In this document: piece by piece, positions 8,486-17,802 of the stretch | Layout: each line of letters starts with the position of its first letter | Position numbering within the stretch: the first letter of the stretch is position 1 | Source: an uncultured Gammaproteobacteria bacterium | GTDB taxonomy: Bacteria > Patescibacteriota > Patescibacteriia > UBA9934 > CAZDDW01 | NCBI GenBank assembly: GCA_965231015.1 | Contig: OZ246408.1 | Span: 857,908-921,907 of the forward strand | Reading direction: 5' to 3' | Length of the DNA: 64,000 bases | The notes under the pieces: generated by a model | Seen by the model: only the letters and a program-made list of their open reading frames with translations | Told to the model about the DNA's origin: nothing | Databases searched by the model: none | Program-made: the position numbers and the translations under genes

Positions 8486-8773
8486 ATGAACAAGAACGCC
8501 TATTTTAGCAGCCTGATCCGCGAGCACGGCTTTAGCCGAGTGGCACACCAGATCGTGTACGAGCACGAGCGGCCGAGCAGTTCCCGCGCTGACTACTGGC
8601 GCCTTGAATTCACTGCTCAGACTGAGGACGATATGTACGTGCAAGGCCAGTTCACATCCGTGGGCTCGTCTGCCGGACAGCCAGCGCAAATCACCGGTCA
8701 GGTCACGAACCTACAGCCGATTTCAGCACAACAGTACCAACGGCTGGTGGCTGAATACGGCGGATTGGACTAG
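8486..8773 (+). CDS. hypothetical protein (start at MNKNAYF)
   Basis: ORF in GC-rich island, no family recognised. Confidence 0.3.
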   Translation: MNKNAYFSSLIREHGFSRVAHQIVYEHERPSSSRADYWRLEFTAQTEDDMYVQGQFTSVGSSAGQPAQITGQVTNLQPISAQQYQRLVAEYGGLD

Positions 8774-8781
8774 GGGGAAAG

Positions 8782-9231
8782 ATGAACCTGTGGCTCAAAC
8801 TGCAACACCTGTTCAGCCGGCGCTTCCAGGCGCGTTGCGGACACCGGACTTACCGGCGTGATCGCATCCAGGCCTATGGCTACAGCACCATCGTCACGCT
8901 CAGGACCGAGCACGAAACCACTCCCTACTGCCACCGCTGCCTGGAAGCCATGACCGCGCTGTGCCCGATCTGCCATTCGTCAATCTTCATTGGTGAACCG
9001 GTGCGGATCGTGGTGCCGCTGCGCGAAGACTTCGAAGTTCAGGAGGGCATGCGCACCTTTGACATTGATCAAAACCACATCAAAATGGTGGCCTGCCTGC
9101 GTTGCGCGGATACCATTGCGCTGATCAGCGGCATCTGGGTACCGCCAGGGGTGGTCCAGCTGATCGAATCCCCGCTCGAGCATGCTTGGCGCACTGGACA
9201 GCCCACAGTGGCCGAAATCTACTACCACTAA
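8782..9231 (+). CDS. Cys-rich hypothetical protein (CHRC...CPIC zinc-ribbon-like)
   Basis: ORF with CxxC x2 spaced ~12 aa; GC-rich island. Confidence 0.4.
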   Translation: MNLWLKLQHLFSRRFQARCGHRTYRRDRIQAYGYSTIVTLRTEHETTPYCHRCLEAMTALCPICHSSIFIGEPVRIVVPLREDFEVQEGMRTFDIDQNHIKMVACLRCADTIALISGIWVPPGVVQLIESPLEHAWRTGQPTVAEIYYH

Positions 9232-9314
9232 CTCCCGAGCCCTTCCTGAAGGGCTCGTTTCTTTTTGACAAATTAAAAGCGACCCGCATGATAACAGGTC
9301 GCGATTACGTTGTG

Positions 9315-9740
9315 TTAGCGACAAAGGTAGTAGTCTAAATCCCAGTCATCAACCGGGTTACCACAGGTGTCTTGTTCCATGACACACTCCCAGTCGTTAG
9401 TGAGCAACTTGGAACGGTGATGTCGGGGATGATCTTCGAAATAACTGATCTCTTCGTCAGTCAAATTAAGCCGATCGCGCAGTTTATCGCGCTCGAACAG
9501 AATCGGGTCCGTTGATGAACATTCTCGGAACATCGAACTGCACAAGATGCACTTGCACATCTGTTCGTGTTCGTAGTGTAAGTCTGCGAGCAGATGTATC
9601 ACCTTCTGGTCATGCTTGTCTGGATTCGGTCCGCGCTCATACCACAGAAATATTCCCACGAATGGATCGATCAAGATTAGCAAATACACCCCAATGATTA
9701 GACAAGAAATTATTAGATCTTTCCAATCTTGACGACGCAC
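9315..9740 (-). CDS. small membrane-anchored protein, tandem paralog A
   Basis: N-terminal TM helix; shares ERDKLRDRLNLTDEEISYFED / ...DLDYYLCR with adjacent ORF (QRDQLRDRLQFTDVEYEEFVQ / ...SLDYEYFAR). Confidence 0.5.
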   Translation of the reverse strand: MRRQDWKDLIISCLIIGVYLLILIDPFVGIFLWYERGPNPDKHDQKVIHLLADLHYEHEQMCKCILCSSMFRECSSTDPILFERDKLRDRLNLTDEEISYFEDHPRHHRSKLLTNDWECVMEQDTCGNPVDDWDLDYYLCR

Positions 9741-9742
9741 AA

Positions 9743-10186
9743 CTACCTCGCGAAGTACTCGTAGTCCAGGCTACCGTCGGCCTTAGTGAAAGCCGGGGGC
9801 TTATCCGGACAATGCCAGCTGGCAAGCACCAACTGCTCGCGTGTGGAGTCAGCACGTTGCACGAACTCTTCATACTCGACGTCCGTGAACTGGAGCCGGT
9901 CGCGCAGCTGATCGCGTTGGGTCAAGGATTCGGCCGAAGTCGGAAGGTCTTCGAGGTCAGTACCGTAGTATTCGCAAGTACAGGCCAGGTAGAAGTTGTT
10001 GTGTACCTCGGCCAGCTCGTCGAGCACAGCCTGGTTATCCTCAGACAGTGGTGGTTGAGTCAGGCCGTGGATCAGACCAATCACCCCGCAGATCACGAAG
10101 ATGACAAAGATCCCACCGATGACGTACATTTCTTTACGCATACTCTCTCCCGGAAAAAGTTCTGAATTCAGCATAGCAAAAATCAC
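9743..10186 (-). CDS. small membrane-anchored protein, tandem paralog B
   Basis: Same architecture and conserved blocks as 9315..9740; 2-nt spacing between the two genes. Confidence 0.5.
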   Translation of the reverse strand: MIFAMLNSELFPGESMRKEMYVIGGIFVIFVICGVIGLIHGLTQPPLSEDNQAVLDELAEVHNNFYLACTCEYYGTDLEDLPTSAESLTQRDQLRDRLQFTDVEYEEFVQRADSTREQLVLASWHCPDKPPAFTKADGSLDYEYFAR

Positions 10187-10270
10187 GACTTTGTCAAGGT
10201 TATTTCCTTGACATCTATCACTCCCAGTGCTATACTACCGCCCGCGTTCATATCAACACGGGGAGAAAAC

Positions 10271-10438
10271 ATGAACGACCCGACAAACGAGATTCAAGAC
10301 GTACCGGCGGACGAACGTGTGTTCGTCTGCGACTGGGTACCAGGCAGTGCTCTGCGCATCTGCTTCGTGCCGCTCGAGCCTGACTCGCCCGAGCCCACAT
10401 CTTCGAACCCGGATCAGCAGACGGATCCCGAACTCTGA
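10271..10438 (+). CDS. small acidic hypothetical protein (55 aa)
   Basis: ATG at 10271 preceded by GGGGAGAAAAC RBS-like sequence. Confidence 0.3.
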   Translation: MNDPTNEIQDVPADERVFVCDWVPGSALRICFVPLEPDSPEPTSSNPDQQTDPEL

Positions 10439-10645
10439 ACCCCAACGCAAAACCGAGCCCACGACGAGCTCGGCCCGCCCGAGGAGTATGTGAACTAGGC
10501 ACGAACAACACACACTCAATCACCAGCCGGACCCGTCTTCAAGGGCCCGGCGCGTTTTTTTCTTTGTTAGATTAAAAACGAAATCCCCAAGGTGAATTCC
10601 TTGGGGGGGTGAGTTAGTCATCACGTATATAGTGGAAGAAAAGAC

Positions 10646-10942
10646 ATGAGTGGATGTAGCTCTGAAGAAAAGCGCGCCCTTTCGAGCAGCCTGGGTCGCT
10701 TTTTCCTGGCTGTTCTGATCGGCTATGGCAGTTGGCTGGCGCTCGCCTATATCACCGTCTTCTGGATCAAGCCCCAGAACCATCTTCCGGACGTTGCCAA
10801 CTACATCATCGGAGCCCTTTTCATGATTGCCCTAGTCTTCTTCCCCCGTGTATCCCTTCGAATCTTCGGGATTACCAAGAAGATCCAACGCAATCCCTTC
10901 ACCACCGATGACTCCACAACCAAAAACCGAGCTAACGACTAG
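10646..10942 (+). CDS. small membrane protein (2 predicted TM helices)
   Basis: Hydrophobic segments FFLAVLIGYGSWLALAYITVFWI and IIGALFMIALVFFP. Confidence 0.4.
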   Translation: MSGCSSEEKRALSSSLGRFFLAVLIGYGSWLALAYITVFWIKPQNHLPDVANYIIGALFMIALVFFPRVSLRIFGITKKIQRNPFTTDDSTTKNRAND

Positions 10943-10990
10943 CTCGGTTCTATTCTGTAAATCCCGTGGATTGATTTATTACTGATTTTC

Positions 10991-12154
10991 TCAACTTTCA
11001 ACTGCTCCCAATACTTTTTCGATCACTGTATCGCTTGGATAACGCTTAAATAAAACTAGGGTTTCAGCATGATCCAAATTGAAATCTGGCTCATTTAAAA
11101 AAACTACCGAAGCCCGATTGTTCGAAAAATCAATCATGGCCACCTCGCCGCCGCTTTCTACATACTCTTTCAAAGACGTCATCATCTCTCCTTCGCTACC
11201 TCGGTATATCGGCCAAAAGTAAGCCACCCCATCCTTTTTTAACAACCGATCCATCTCCTCCCAATACACCTGAAACTCTTTACTTTTCATATTCGGAAAC
11301 ATGTGCGTGGACAACGACCAAGAAGCAACTAATCGATCAAATGATTCGTCTTCAAATGGTGTAGCCGGGAAAGCAGCTTTGACAAGATCAGCGTACTGAT
11401 ACTTTTTTAAGAACCGGTGCTCGGTGATCAGACGTCGGATTAAATCCTCTTGTTTTTCCTGACCAAACCCTTTATCGCGCAACGCCTCTTTCAAAACCGC
11501 CGGTTCAATTACCGTTTTGACCAAATGTGTGTCAGCAAAACTACGTTCCAGTTTAACTGCATCATACCAAAGTTCTCGCAAAGCATTACTTTCTTCAGCT
11601 TCTTCATCGACACGCCCTCTTAATTCAGCAATGGCATGACGTAAATCGCCCAAAATTGCCGTAGCCTCTGGATATTTTTCTAGATCTTGTGCGTCAGCAA
11701 TGTTGTGTATCTGTTCCAAGGTTTCTTCAATCTGATGAACCAGGTCTGGAAATGCATCTTCCAAATATTTTGCCTTACTCTCCATCTGTTGACCCTTCCA
11801 TTCTAAATTACTCTCCAAATGTTCCTCGGTATAAACAAACTCCGCTTCATCACCTGACTCATAATCTAAATTGGTCACCCCTTCCCGATCCAAAGTCTGC
11901 CATGGATCCCCAATATTCAAAACTTTTCCTGATTCTGGGAACAATTCTTTTACCGGAACTAAAGACTCATTCTCGTAATCTTGTTCTACTCGTCCGGTCA
12001 AAGCCTTTTCCTTGGCATCAACCGCCACAACCTTATCTGCAATTTCTTTTTTTATCTGTTCGAAGCGCTCACGCTCAGCTTCAAAAGTCTGATCTTGTTG
12101 ATCGAGTTCAGTATCATGTTTTGAACGAACCCGACCCATGCCTTCAATATACAT
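10991..12154 (-). CDS. hypothetical protein with methyltransferase-like C-terminal region
   Basis: C-terminal FDRLVASWSLSTHMF ... LLKKDGVAYFWPIY resembles class I SAM-MTase motifs II/III, but no clear GxGxG motif I. Confidence 0.45.
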   Translation of the reverse strand: MYIEGMGRVRSKHDTELDQQDQTFEAERERFEQIKKEIADKVVAVDAKEKALTGRVEQDYENESLVPVKELFPESGKVLNIGDPWQTLDREGVTNLDYESGDEAEFVYTEEHLESNLEWKGQQMESKAKYLEDAFPDLVHQIEETLEQIHNIADAQDLEKYPEATAILGDLRHAIAELRGRVDEEAEESNALRELWYDAVKLERSFADTHLVKTVIEPAVLKEALRDKGFGQEKQEDLIRRLITEHRFLKKYQYADLVKAAFPATPFEDESFDRLVASWSLSTHMFPNMKSKEFQVYWEEMDRLLKKDGVAYFWPIYRGSEGEMMTSLKEYVESGGEVAMIDFSNNRASVVFLNEPDFNLDHAETLVLFKRYPSDTVIEKVLGAVES

Positions 12155-12163
12155 ATGAACAAA

Positions 12164-12895
12164 TTATTTAGTATACCTCTCCACAAACCTTTTCAAAATC
12201 TCCATTGGGACTTCGATTTTTTCTTTGGACACTGTTTCGATTAACTGCTCGGCATCTTCTGGTGGGAAGTAGCCGGCGTGTTTGTAGATATTAATCCGCT
12301 CAACAATTCCAGGAACGTCGAGTTCCGGATGAAACTGGGCAGCGTAGACGTTTTGTTTGATTCGAAACATTTGTACCAGACAAGTGTTCGAGCTGGCAAG
12401 AAGAACGGCCCCAGCCGGCAAGGAATTACAACCTTCTTTGTGTCCTACAAAAGCCTGGAACTCGGTTGGTAGTCCAGCGAGTATTGGATCTTTGATTCCG
12501 TCTTCGTTAATTTTAATGGTTACTCCACCAACCTCTTCTCCTTCTTCTTTGGACACCTTACCTCCCCCGTGAGCTGTCAAAAATCCTACTCCAAGACAAA
12601 CTCCCAAAAATGGAAAGTCCTGTTCCACAACTTGATCAAGCAAGGCAAACAAATCTTTAATCACTCGCTTCTGATTAGCATCTCTTCCACTGTCTTTATC
12701 CGTCATATTGTACGGACCACCACCCAGAATTATTCCTGAATAATTTTCCAACTTAACATCTGGAATCCCAATCTTTTCCATCCGAACCCTCTGGACGTCA
12801 AATACTTCAAGACCTCCATACTTTAAAAATGCATCAAACTCTCCTTTTGAAGCTTCTTCTTCTGGCCGTGACTGTAAAATCAAAAATGGTTTCAT
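12164..12895 (-). CDS. class I glutamine amidotransferase-like protein (GATase1)
   Basis: Catalytic triad context GVCLGVGFL ... AAQFHPELD. Confidence 0.8.
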   Translation of the reverse strand: MKPFLILQSRPEEEASKGEFDAFLKYGGLEVFDVQRVRMEKIGIPDVKLENYSGIILGGGPYNMTDKDSGRDANQKRVIKDLFALLDQVVEQDFPFLGVCLGVGFLTAHGGGKVSKEEGEEVGGVTIKINEDGIKDPILAGLPTEFQAFVGHKEGCNSLPAGAVLLASSNTCLVQMFRIKQNVYAAQFHPELDVPGIVERINIYKHAGYFPPEDAEQLIETVSKEKIEVPMEILKRFVERYTK

Positions 12896-12913
12896 AGGTT
12901 ATCAATATTCTAT

Positions 12914-12935
12914 CCCACATTCGCACGAATTTGGG
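12914..12935. promoter_or_regulatory. 22-bp imperfect palindrome CCCACATTCGCACGAATTTGGG, candidate ArsR-family operator upstream of the GATase1 gene
   Basis: Identical copy at 13307-13328 upstream of the ArsR gene; half-sites CCCAcATTCG / CGAATtTGGG. Confidence 0.45.
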
Positions 12936-12946
12936 GTATAAAAGTT

Positions 12947-13207
12947 TTAAAGTAAATCAATTATAACACGACTCGAGATTGGTATTTCTTTATTTATTGA
13001 ATAAAAAATTTCACGACGAACCTGCTCGGTTTGCACTATTCCTACCTGACGTAAAATCGACAAGTGCCGGCTCGTTGATTTAAACGATAGTTTAATAATT
13101 TCAGATATTTCAGTAACCGTGGTCATGCCTTCCTGTTTCAAATATCTGAGAATTAATAACCGCCGCTCATTAGCCAATGCTTTTATTATTTTAGTCATGT
13201 TTTTCAT
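12947..13207 (-). CDS. ArsR/SmtB-family HTH transcriptional regulator
   Basis: LANERRLLILRYL...TVTEISEIIKLSFKSTSRHLSILRQVGIV matches ArsR HTH. Confidence 0.8.
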   Translation of the reverse strand: MKNMTKIIKALANERRLLILRYLKQEGMTTVTEISEIIKLSFKSTSRHLSILRQVGIVQTEQVRREIFYSINKEIPISSRVIIDLL

Positions 13208-13306
13208 AAATAAAAACTCACCTAAATTAATGGGGAGTCTTATCTATAAAACGAACTTACCATGTTTTTTATTACATGTCAATCGAGGTATGAAGACACT
13301 ATATCC

Positions 13307-13328
13307 CACATTCGCACGAATTTGGGAT
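13307..13328. promoter_or_regulatory. second copy of the 22-bp palindrome, candidate autoregulatory operator of the ArsR gene
   Basis: Exact repeat of 12914-12935 (with ~4 flanking identical nt). Confidence 0.45.
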
Positions 13329-13337
13329 ATATCAACT

Positions 13338-14114
13338 CTATTCCACTAGGCTAGCGATTCGTAGGCTCGTGGCAGGAATAGTGGGAAAGTGACAGACCAT
13401 CAATGATTCGACGAGATCATGGAATTCTAGAATGAGCTCACCCTTGATGGCGGGTTTGAGTAAATCATCCGGGGTTTCTTTGATACTGAAACGAAGAAGC
13501 TTCAGGGCTTCATCCGATATATCTCGGGCCGAGAACCAACGCTCTTCATCAGCTCGGCAACAATTATCACACACAATTCCACCTTTGAGGGCGTGCCAGC
13601 GAAAGGTGTTTGGCGTGACTGAGCGCCGACAAGAGATACAATGTCCGAGCTCAGGTCGATATCCGGAAAGATCGAGCAGTTTCAAGGCGAAACTTGCCAG
13701 CAGGTAACCGGAGCGCTCGGCCGAGACCTCGGGCATGGATCCGATGAACTCGAGCCAGCTAGTGAGTTCAGTGTAAAGGACAGGATCAGTTTCTTCAGCC
13801 CGGGTTCCGATATCGACTAGATGCAAGACTTGTCGAGCTAGTAACATCTTGTTCAAGTCCGAGCAAATGGGATGATAGGCCGCAAGTCGCTCTACTCCAG
13901 CCACAGTGTCGTAAACCCGACCTCGTACTACGAGCAGATCGAGCACAGCAAACGATTCCAAGTGCGGACCGAGCTTGGCTTGCATCTTGCGCGAACCGCG
14001 GGCCTGGAGCGATAGTTTGCCCCTGTCCTCAGTCAAAACAGAATAGACGCGATCCACTTCCCTGTGCTCGCGCCTCCCTAACACTATTCCTTTGGTTCGA
14101 AACAGAGTAGACAT
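13338..14114 (-). CDS. recO: DNA repair protein RecO
   Basis: N-terminal OB-fold region MSTLFRTKGIVLGRREHREVDRVYSVLTEDRGKLSL and C-terminal zinc motif CISCRR...CDNCC. Confidence 0.8.
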   Translation of the reverse strand: MSTLFRTKGIVLGRREHREVDRVYSVLTEDRGKLSLQARGSRKMQAKLGPHLESFAVLDLLVVRGRVYDTVAGVERLAAYHPICSDLNKMLLARQVLHLVDIGTRAEETDPVLYTELTSWLEFIGSMPEVSAERSGYLLASFALKLLDLSGYRPELGHCISCRRSVTPNTFRWHALKGGIVCDNCCRADEERWFSARDISDEALKLLRFSIKETPDDLLKPAIKGELILEFHDLVESLMVCHFPTIPATSLRIASLVE

Positions 14115-14511
14115 TTATTTTGTTTCATCAAACCAAGCCTGTAAAATAATCGCTGCTGCGATAGCATCTTCTTCAGCGGTAGCTCCGATTTCTTTTTGTG
14201 AACGGATTGCTTCAGCGGTGGTGTAACGCTCATCGATTTCCTGAACCGGGATCGAGACCTCGGCCTGAAGCTTTTTAACAAACTCGCGGGTTTTCTTGAG
14301 CTGCTCCGAGACACATCCTTCTACGGTCGACAACGGAGCTCCGACCACAACCTCATCAATCTGTTCTTCTCGGATTATCTCGACGATTCGTTGTACGGGC
14401 GAACGGCCGTTCGCCCGTACGCGTACAACCTCAAGCGGCACAGCCACTCTGGCCTCGTCCCCAAGCGCCAAACCAATCTTTTTATCTCCGTAATCAATTC
14501 CTAGATAGCGC
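14115..14511 (-). CDS. ruvX: YqgF/RuvX Holliday-junction-resolvase-like nuclease
   Basis: MRYLGIDYGDKKIGLALGD N-terminal signature; start taken at MRYLG. Confidence 0.85.
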
Positions 14512-14580
14512 ATACTGTCAAAGAAGCAACGAAGCAACGAAGCAAGCTTGTTTCTTTGTTTCGTTGTTTTATTGATTGAA

Positions 14581-15357
14581 TCATAATTCTGGCTGCGGGG
14601 TTAAAGTCTCAAACCCGTCAGCGGTCACCACAACCGTTACCTCAAAATGAGCTGAAAGGGAACCGTCCATTGTCGCACAAGTCCATCCATCATCAAGAGT
14701 TGTGATTTGATAATCTCCAGCAGTAATCATGGGCTCAATCGCCAAGCACATTCCTTCTACCATTTTAATTTTGGGCAAACTTGGATCAATAAAATTAGGA
14801 ATGCGCGGATCTTCGTGCACCGCGTGTCCAACCCCGTGCCCCACAAGCGAACGTACAATCCCAAAACCGGTTGGAGCCACAAACTTTTCAATGGCCGCAC
14901 CAATATCCCCAATTTCATTGCCGGGTTTTACTGCATCAAGCCCGGCGTGCAACGCATCCCGAGTTACTTCAATTAACTTTTCGGCTTCGTCCGTTATTTC
15001 ACCTACCGGCACGGTCACAGCCATATCAGTGTACATACCCTTATACTTACACCCAAGATCAAGCCCAATAATATCTCCATCTTTTAACTCAATGTCTCGC
15101 AAAGCCGGCCCGTGCACAATTTCATCATTGACCGAAGCACAAAGCGAAGACGGAAACGGATCCGTATCATGATGTCCGCTAAATTGTAAAAACGATGGTT
15201 CTCCACCGGCGATACGCATTGCTTTGGTAGCGGCTAAATCAAGCTCTGGCAGTTTGACACCGGGCTTGACCGCCCTGGCCGCGGCCTCAAGAGAACGCGA
15301 CAGAATCTCTCCACCTTCGCGCATAATAGTTATTTCTTCTGCTGATTTTCTTTTTGC
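14581..15357 (-). CDS. map: methionine aminopeptidase type I
   Basis: Metal-binding residues and motifs (DIIGLDLG, VGHGVGHAVHEDP, GMCLAIEPM). Confidence 0.9.
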   Translation of the reverse strand, partial: AKRKSAEEITIMREGGEILSRSLEAAARAVKPGVKLPELDLAATKAMRIAGGEPSFLQFSGHHDTDPFPSSLCASVNDEIVHGPALRDIELKDGDIIGLDLGCKYKGMYTDMAVTVPVGEITDEAEKLIEVTRDALHAGLDAVKPGNEIGDIGAAIEKFVAPTGFGIVRSLVGHGVGHAVHEDPRIPNFIDPSLPKIKMVEGMCLAIEPMITAGDYQITTLDDGWTCATMDGSLSAHFEVTVVVTADGFETLTPQPEL

Positions 15358-15361
15358 CATA

Positions 15362-15991
15362 TTATTCAATCGCGGCTTTTATTTTTTTATAAACATTTTC
15401 AATACTACCTGACCCATCAATTTTTTTTAGAATTCCCATTTCCTTAAATTTTTCAACAAGTGGCTCTGTATCTTCATGGTAAATTCGTAACCGTTCGCGA
15501 ATCGCCTCTGGCTTGTCGTCGCTCCTCTGAAGCAGAGACCCGCCACAATCATCACAAATATCTGCCACCTTGGGACGATTGTAATCAAGGTGATAAATTT
15601 TGCCACAACCTCCACAAATTTTGCGTCCAGACAGCCGACGCACAGATTCGGCTTCATCAAGCTCAATCAAGATGGCTAAATCAGGTTGATCAAAATCCAA
15701 GTATTGATTCAGTTGGTTTATATTACGCGGGTAACCATCAAGAATATACCCGTTAACTACATCGGCTTCCTTGATTCTATTGGCCACCATTTCACTTGTG
15801 ATGTAATCCGGTACTAGTTTACCATCTTTAATAAGAGCCTGCACTTTAATGCCAAGCTGAGTGCCGGATCCAATTTCAGCTCGAAATAAATCTCCGGTTG
15901 AAACCTGTGGAATACCAAGGTCTTCTGATAATTTTTGAGCCTGGGTTCCCTTTCCTACCCCCTGCGGCCCCATGAAAACAAATTTATTCAT
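15362..15991 (-). CDS. adk: adenylate kinase with zinc-binding lid
   Basis: P-loop GPQGVGKGTQ; lid CGGCG...CDDCG. Confidence 0.95.
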   Translation of the reverse strand: MNKFVFMGPQGVGKGTQAQKLSEDLGIPQVSTGDLFRAEIGSGTQLGIKVQALIKDGKLVPDYITSEMVANRIKEADVVNGYILDGYPRNINQLNQYLDFDQPDLAILIELDEAESVRRLSGRKICGGCGKIYHLDYNRPKVADICDDCGGSLLQRSDDKPEAIRERLRIYHEDTEPLVEKFKEMGILKKIDGSGSIENVYKKIKAAIE

Positions 15992-16058
15992 ATGAAGCTA
16001 GTTTATACTAAAAAACAAGGTCTTTCAACCTCGTTTTTATCATTTGACATTTATCATT

Positions 16059-17321
16059 CTAGTACTCGTACTCTCGCATAGCAATTTGCCCCTCAATCTG
16101 TTTGATCATGTCAATAATCACGGATACCACAATCAGGATTGAGGTTCCACCAATGACGAGCTGTGAAGTTCCGGTAAACTGCTGAACCACAATCGGTAGT
16201 ACAGCGATAACAGACAAAAATACGGCACCACCAATCAAAATTCGGTTCTTGACCCATTCAAGATAATCAGCTGTTGGTTCACCCGGCCGAATTCCCGGAA
16301 TAAAAGCTCCTTGCTTTTGCAAATTTTCAGCCACCCGATCCGGATGGAAAACAACTGAAGCGTAAAAGAAAGTGAAACCAAAAACCAAACCGAAGTAAGT
16401 GAGTCCGTAAATCAACTGATTCTGGAAAGCCTGCATGATCCATGTGGCTGCTGAACGTAACCATTCGGTTTCGGCATTCACAAAAAACTGGGCAACCATG
16501 GTTGGGAACAGTACCAAAGAAATAGCAAAGATGATAGGAATAACTCCAGCCATGTTTACTCTGATTGGCAAATGTGAAGCCACCCCGCCAAGCAACCTAC
16601 TACCTGAAAGACGGCGGGCATACTGAATTGGAATGTTACGCTGACCTTCATTTATCACCACCACGGTCACGATTGTGACTATGGTTACAGCTGTGAACAA
16701 AATCAAAGTAAAGAGCTCCGAGCCATCAAAGGTAACAAAGGTTCGTTGGAAGAAAGTTGGTAGACCGGCAATAATTCCAGCGAAAATCATAAGTGAAATC
16801 CCGTTTCCTATGTTGCGCTCACTAATAAGCTCTCCGAGCCACATCAGGAAAATGGTTCCGGCGGTCATAATCACGAGTGCGGAAATAATGTTTAATCCCA
16901 CAAACGCTACTTCATTACCAAGCTGCTGATTAAGAAGAGCCATTAATCCGTATCCTTGTAAAATCGCAAGTGGCACCGTGGCCAAACGAGTCCACTGATT
17001 GATTTTTTTTCGTCCAGCCTCTTCTTTTTGCATTTCTTCAAGTTTAGGCACAATCATCCCCAGAAGCTGGAAAATAATTGATGAGGTAATATACGGAGCA
17101 ACTCCCAGAGCCACTACAGAAAAATTATCAAGAGTTCCACCGGAAAAGATATTAAGAAGCCCAAAAAACTGGCTACCTTCAAAAAGTGACTGCAAGGCTT
17201 CTGTATTCACTCCCGGAATCGGGATGTGAGCAGCAAATCTGAAGATTACCAGCATGGCAATGACAAACAGAATACTATTTCTAAGTTCTGGAATTTTGAT
17301 GATCTTGCGAAGGCTAATCAT
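16059..17321 (-). CDS. secY: preprotein translocase subunit SecY
   Basis: 10-TM profile, conserved N-terminal segment IPIPGV, position after rplO. Confidence 0.95.
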   Translation of the reverse strand: MISLRKIIKIPELRNSILFVIAMLVIFRFAAHIPIPGVNTEALQSLFEGSQFFGLLNIFSGGTLDNFSVVALGVAPYITSSIIFQLLGMIVPKLEEMQKEEAGRKKINQWTRLATVPLAILQGYGLMALLNQQLGNEVAFVGLNIISALVIMTAGTIFLMWLGELISERNIGNGISLMIFAGIIAGLPTFFQRTFVTFDGSELFTLILFTAVTIVTIVTVVVINEGQRNIPIQYARRLSGSRLLGGVASHLPIRVNMAGVIPIIFAISLVLFPTMVAQFFVNAETEWLRSAATWIMQAFQNQLIYGLTYFGLVFGFTFFYASVVFHPDRVAENLQKQGAFIPGIRPGEPTADYLEWVKNRILIGGAVFLSVIAVLPIVVQQFTGTSQLVIGGTSILIVVSVIIDMIKQIEGQIAMREYEY

Positions 17322-17346
17322 AGCAAGTTAGCTTCGTTCTAGTAAT

Positions 17347-17796
17347 TTAGGCTACCACTGACCCACCGGAGGCTTCAATCTTTTCACGGGCTGAAGCTGA
17401 AACCTGACATCCTTTCACGGTCAGTTTAATCTTAATCTCTCCGTTACCGAGCACTTTCACTCCGTCCTTGGTATCTTTCACCAAACCTTTATTCTTTAAG
17501 GCGGCCGGATTTACAGTAGCTCCATCTTTGAATCCTTTTCCAAGATCAGCCACATTAACAACGGCCTTTTTGGCGTGTGGACTCTTAAATCCCCTTGTTT
17601 TCGGAATATTTAACATTATGGCACGAAGACCCTTCAACTTCAAACCGGACTTACCGCCTGAACGAGCTCGCTGCCCCTTCATTCCTCGACCAGAGTATTT
17701 GCCACGGTTAGAACCCCAACCACGACCAACTCGTTGCTTGGTCTTTTTCGCACCCTTAGCAGGGCGCAGGTTACTCATGTTTAATTCTTCGGCCAT
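17347..17796 (-). CDS. rplO: 50S ribosomal protein L15
   Basis: GRGWGSNRGKYSGRGMKGQ motif; directly follows rpsE (no L30 gene). Confidence 0.9.
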   Translation of the reverse strand: MAEELNMSNLRPAKGAKKTKQRVGRGWGSNRGKYSGRGMKGQRARSGGKSGLKLKGLRAIMLNIPKTRGFKSPHAKKAVVNVADLGKGFKDGATVNPAALKNKGLVKDTKDGVKVLGNGEIKIKLTVKGCQVSASAREKIEASGGSVVA

Positions 17797-17802
17797 ATAA
17801 AT

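Larger units (their letters stand above)
7300..10950. other. GC-rich island 1 (~55-62% GC vs ~42% flanks) with small ORFs of mixed orientation
   Basis: Abrupt composition change right after DUF2130-like stop (7263) until ~10950; codon usage G/C-ending. Confidence 0.55.

Noticed and set aside
14523-14546. (GAAGCAAC)x3 direct repeat between ruvX and map as possible CRISPR or mini-satellite
   Set aside because: Only three 8-nt units, no spacers, no cas genes; likely part of an imperfect terminator hairpin
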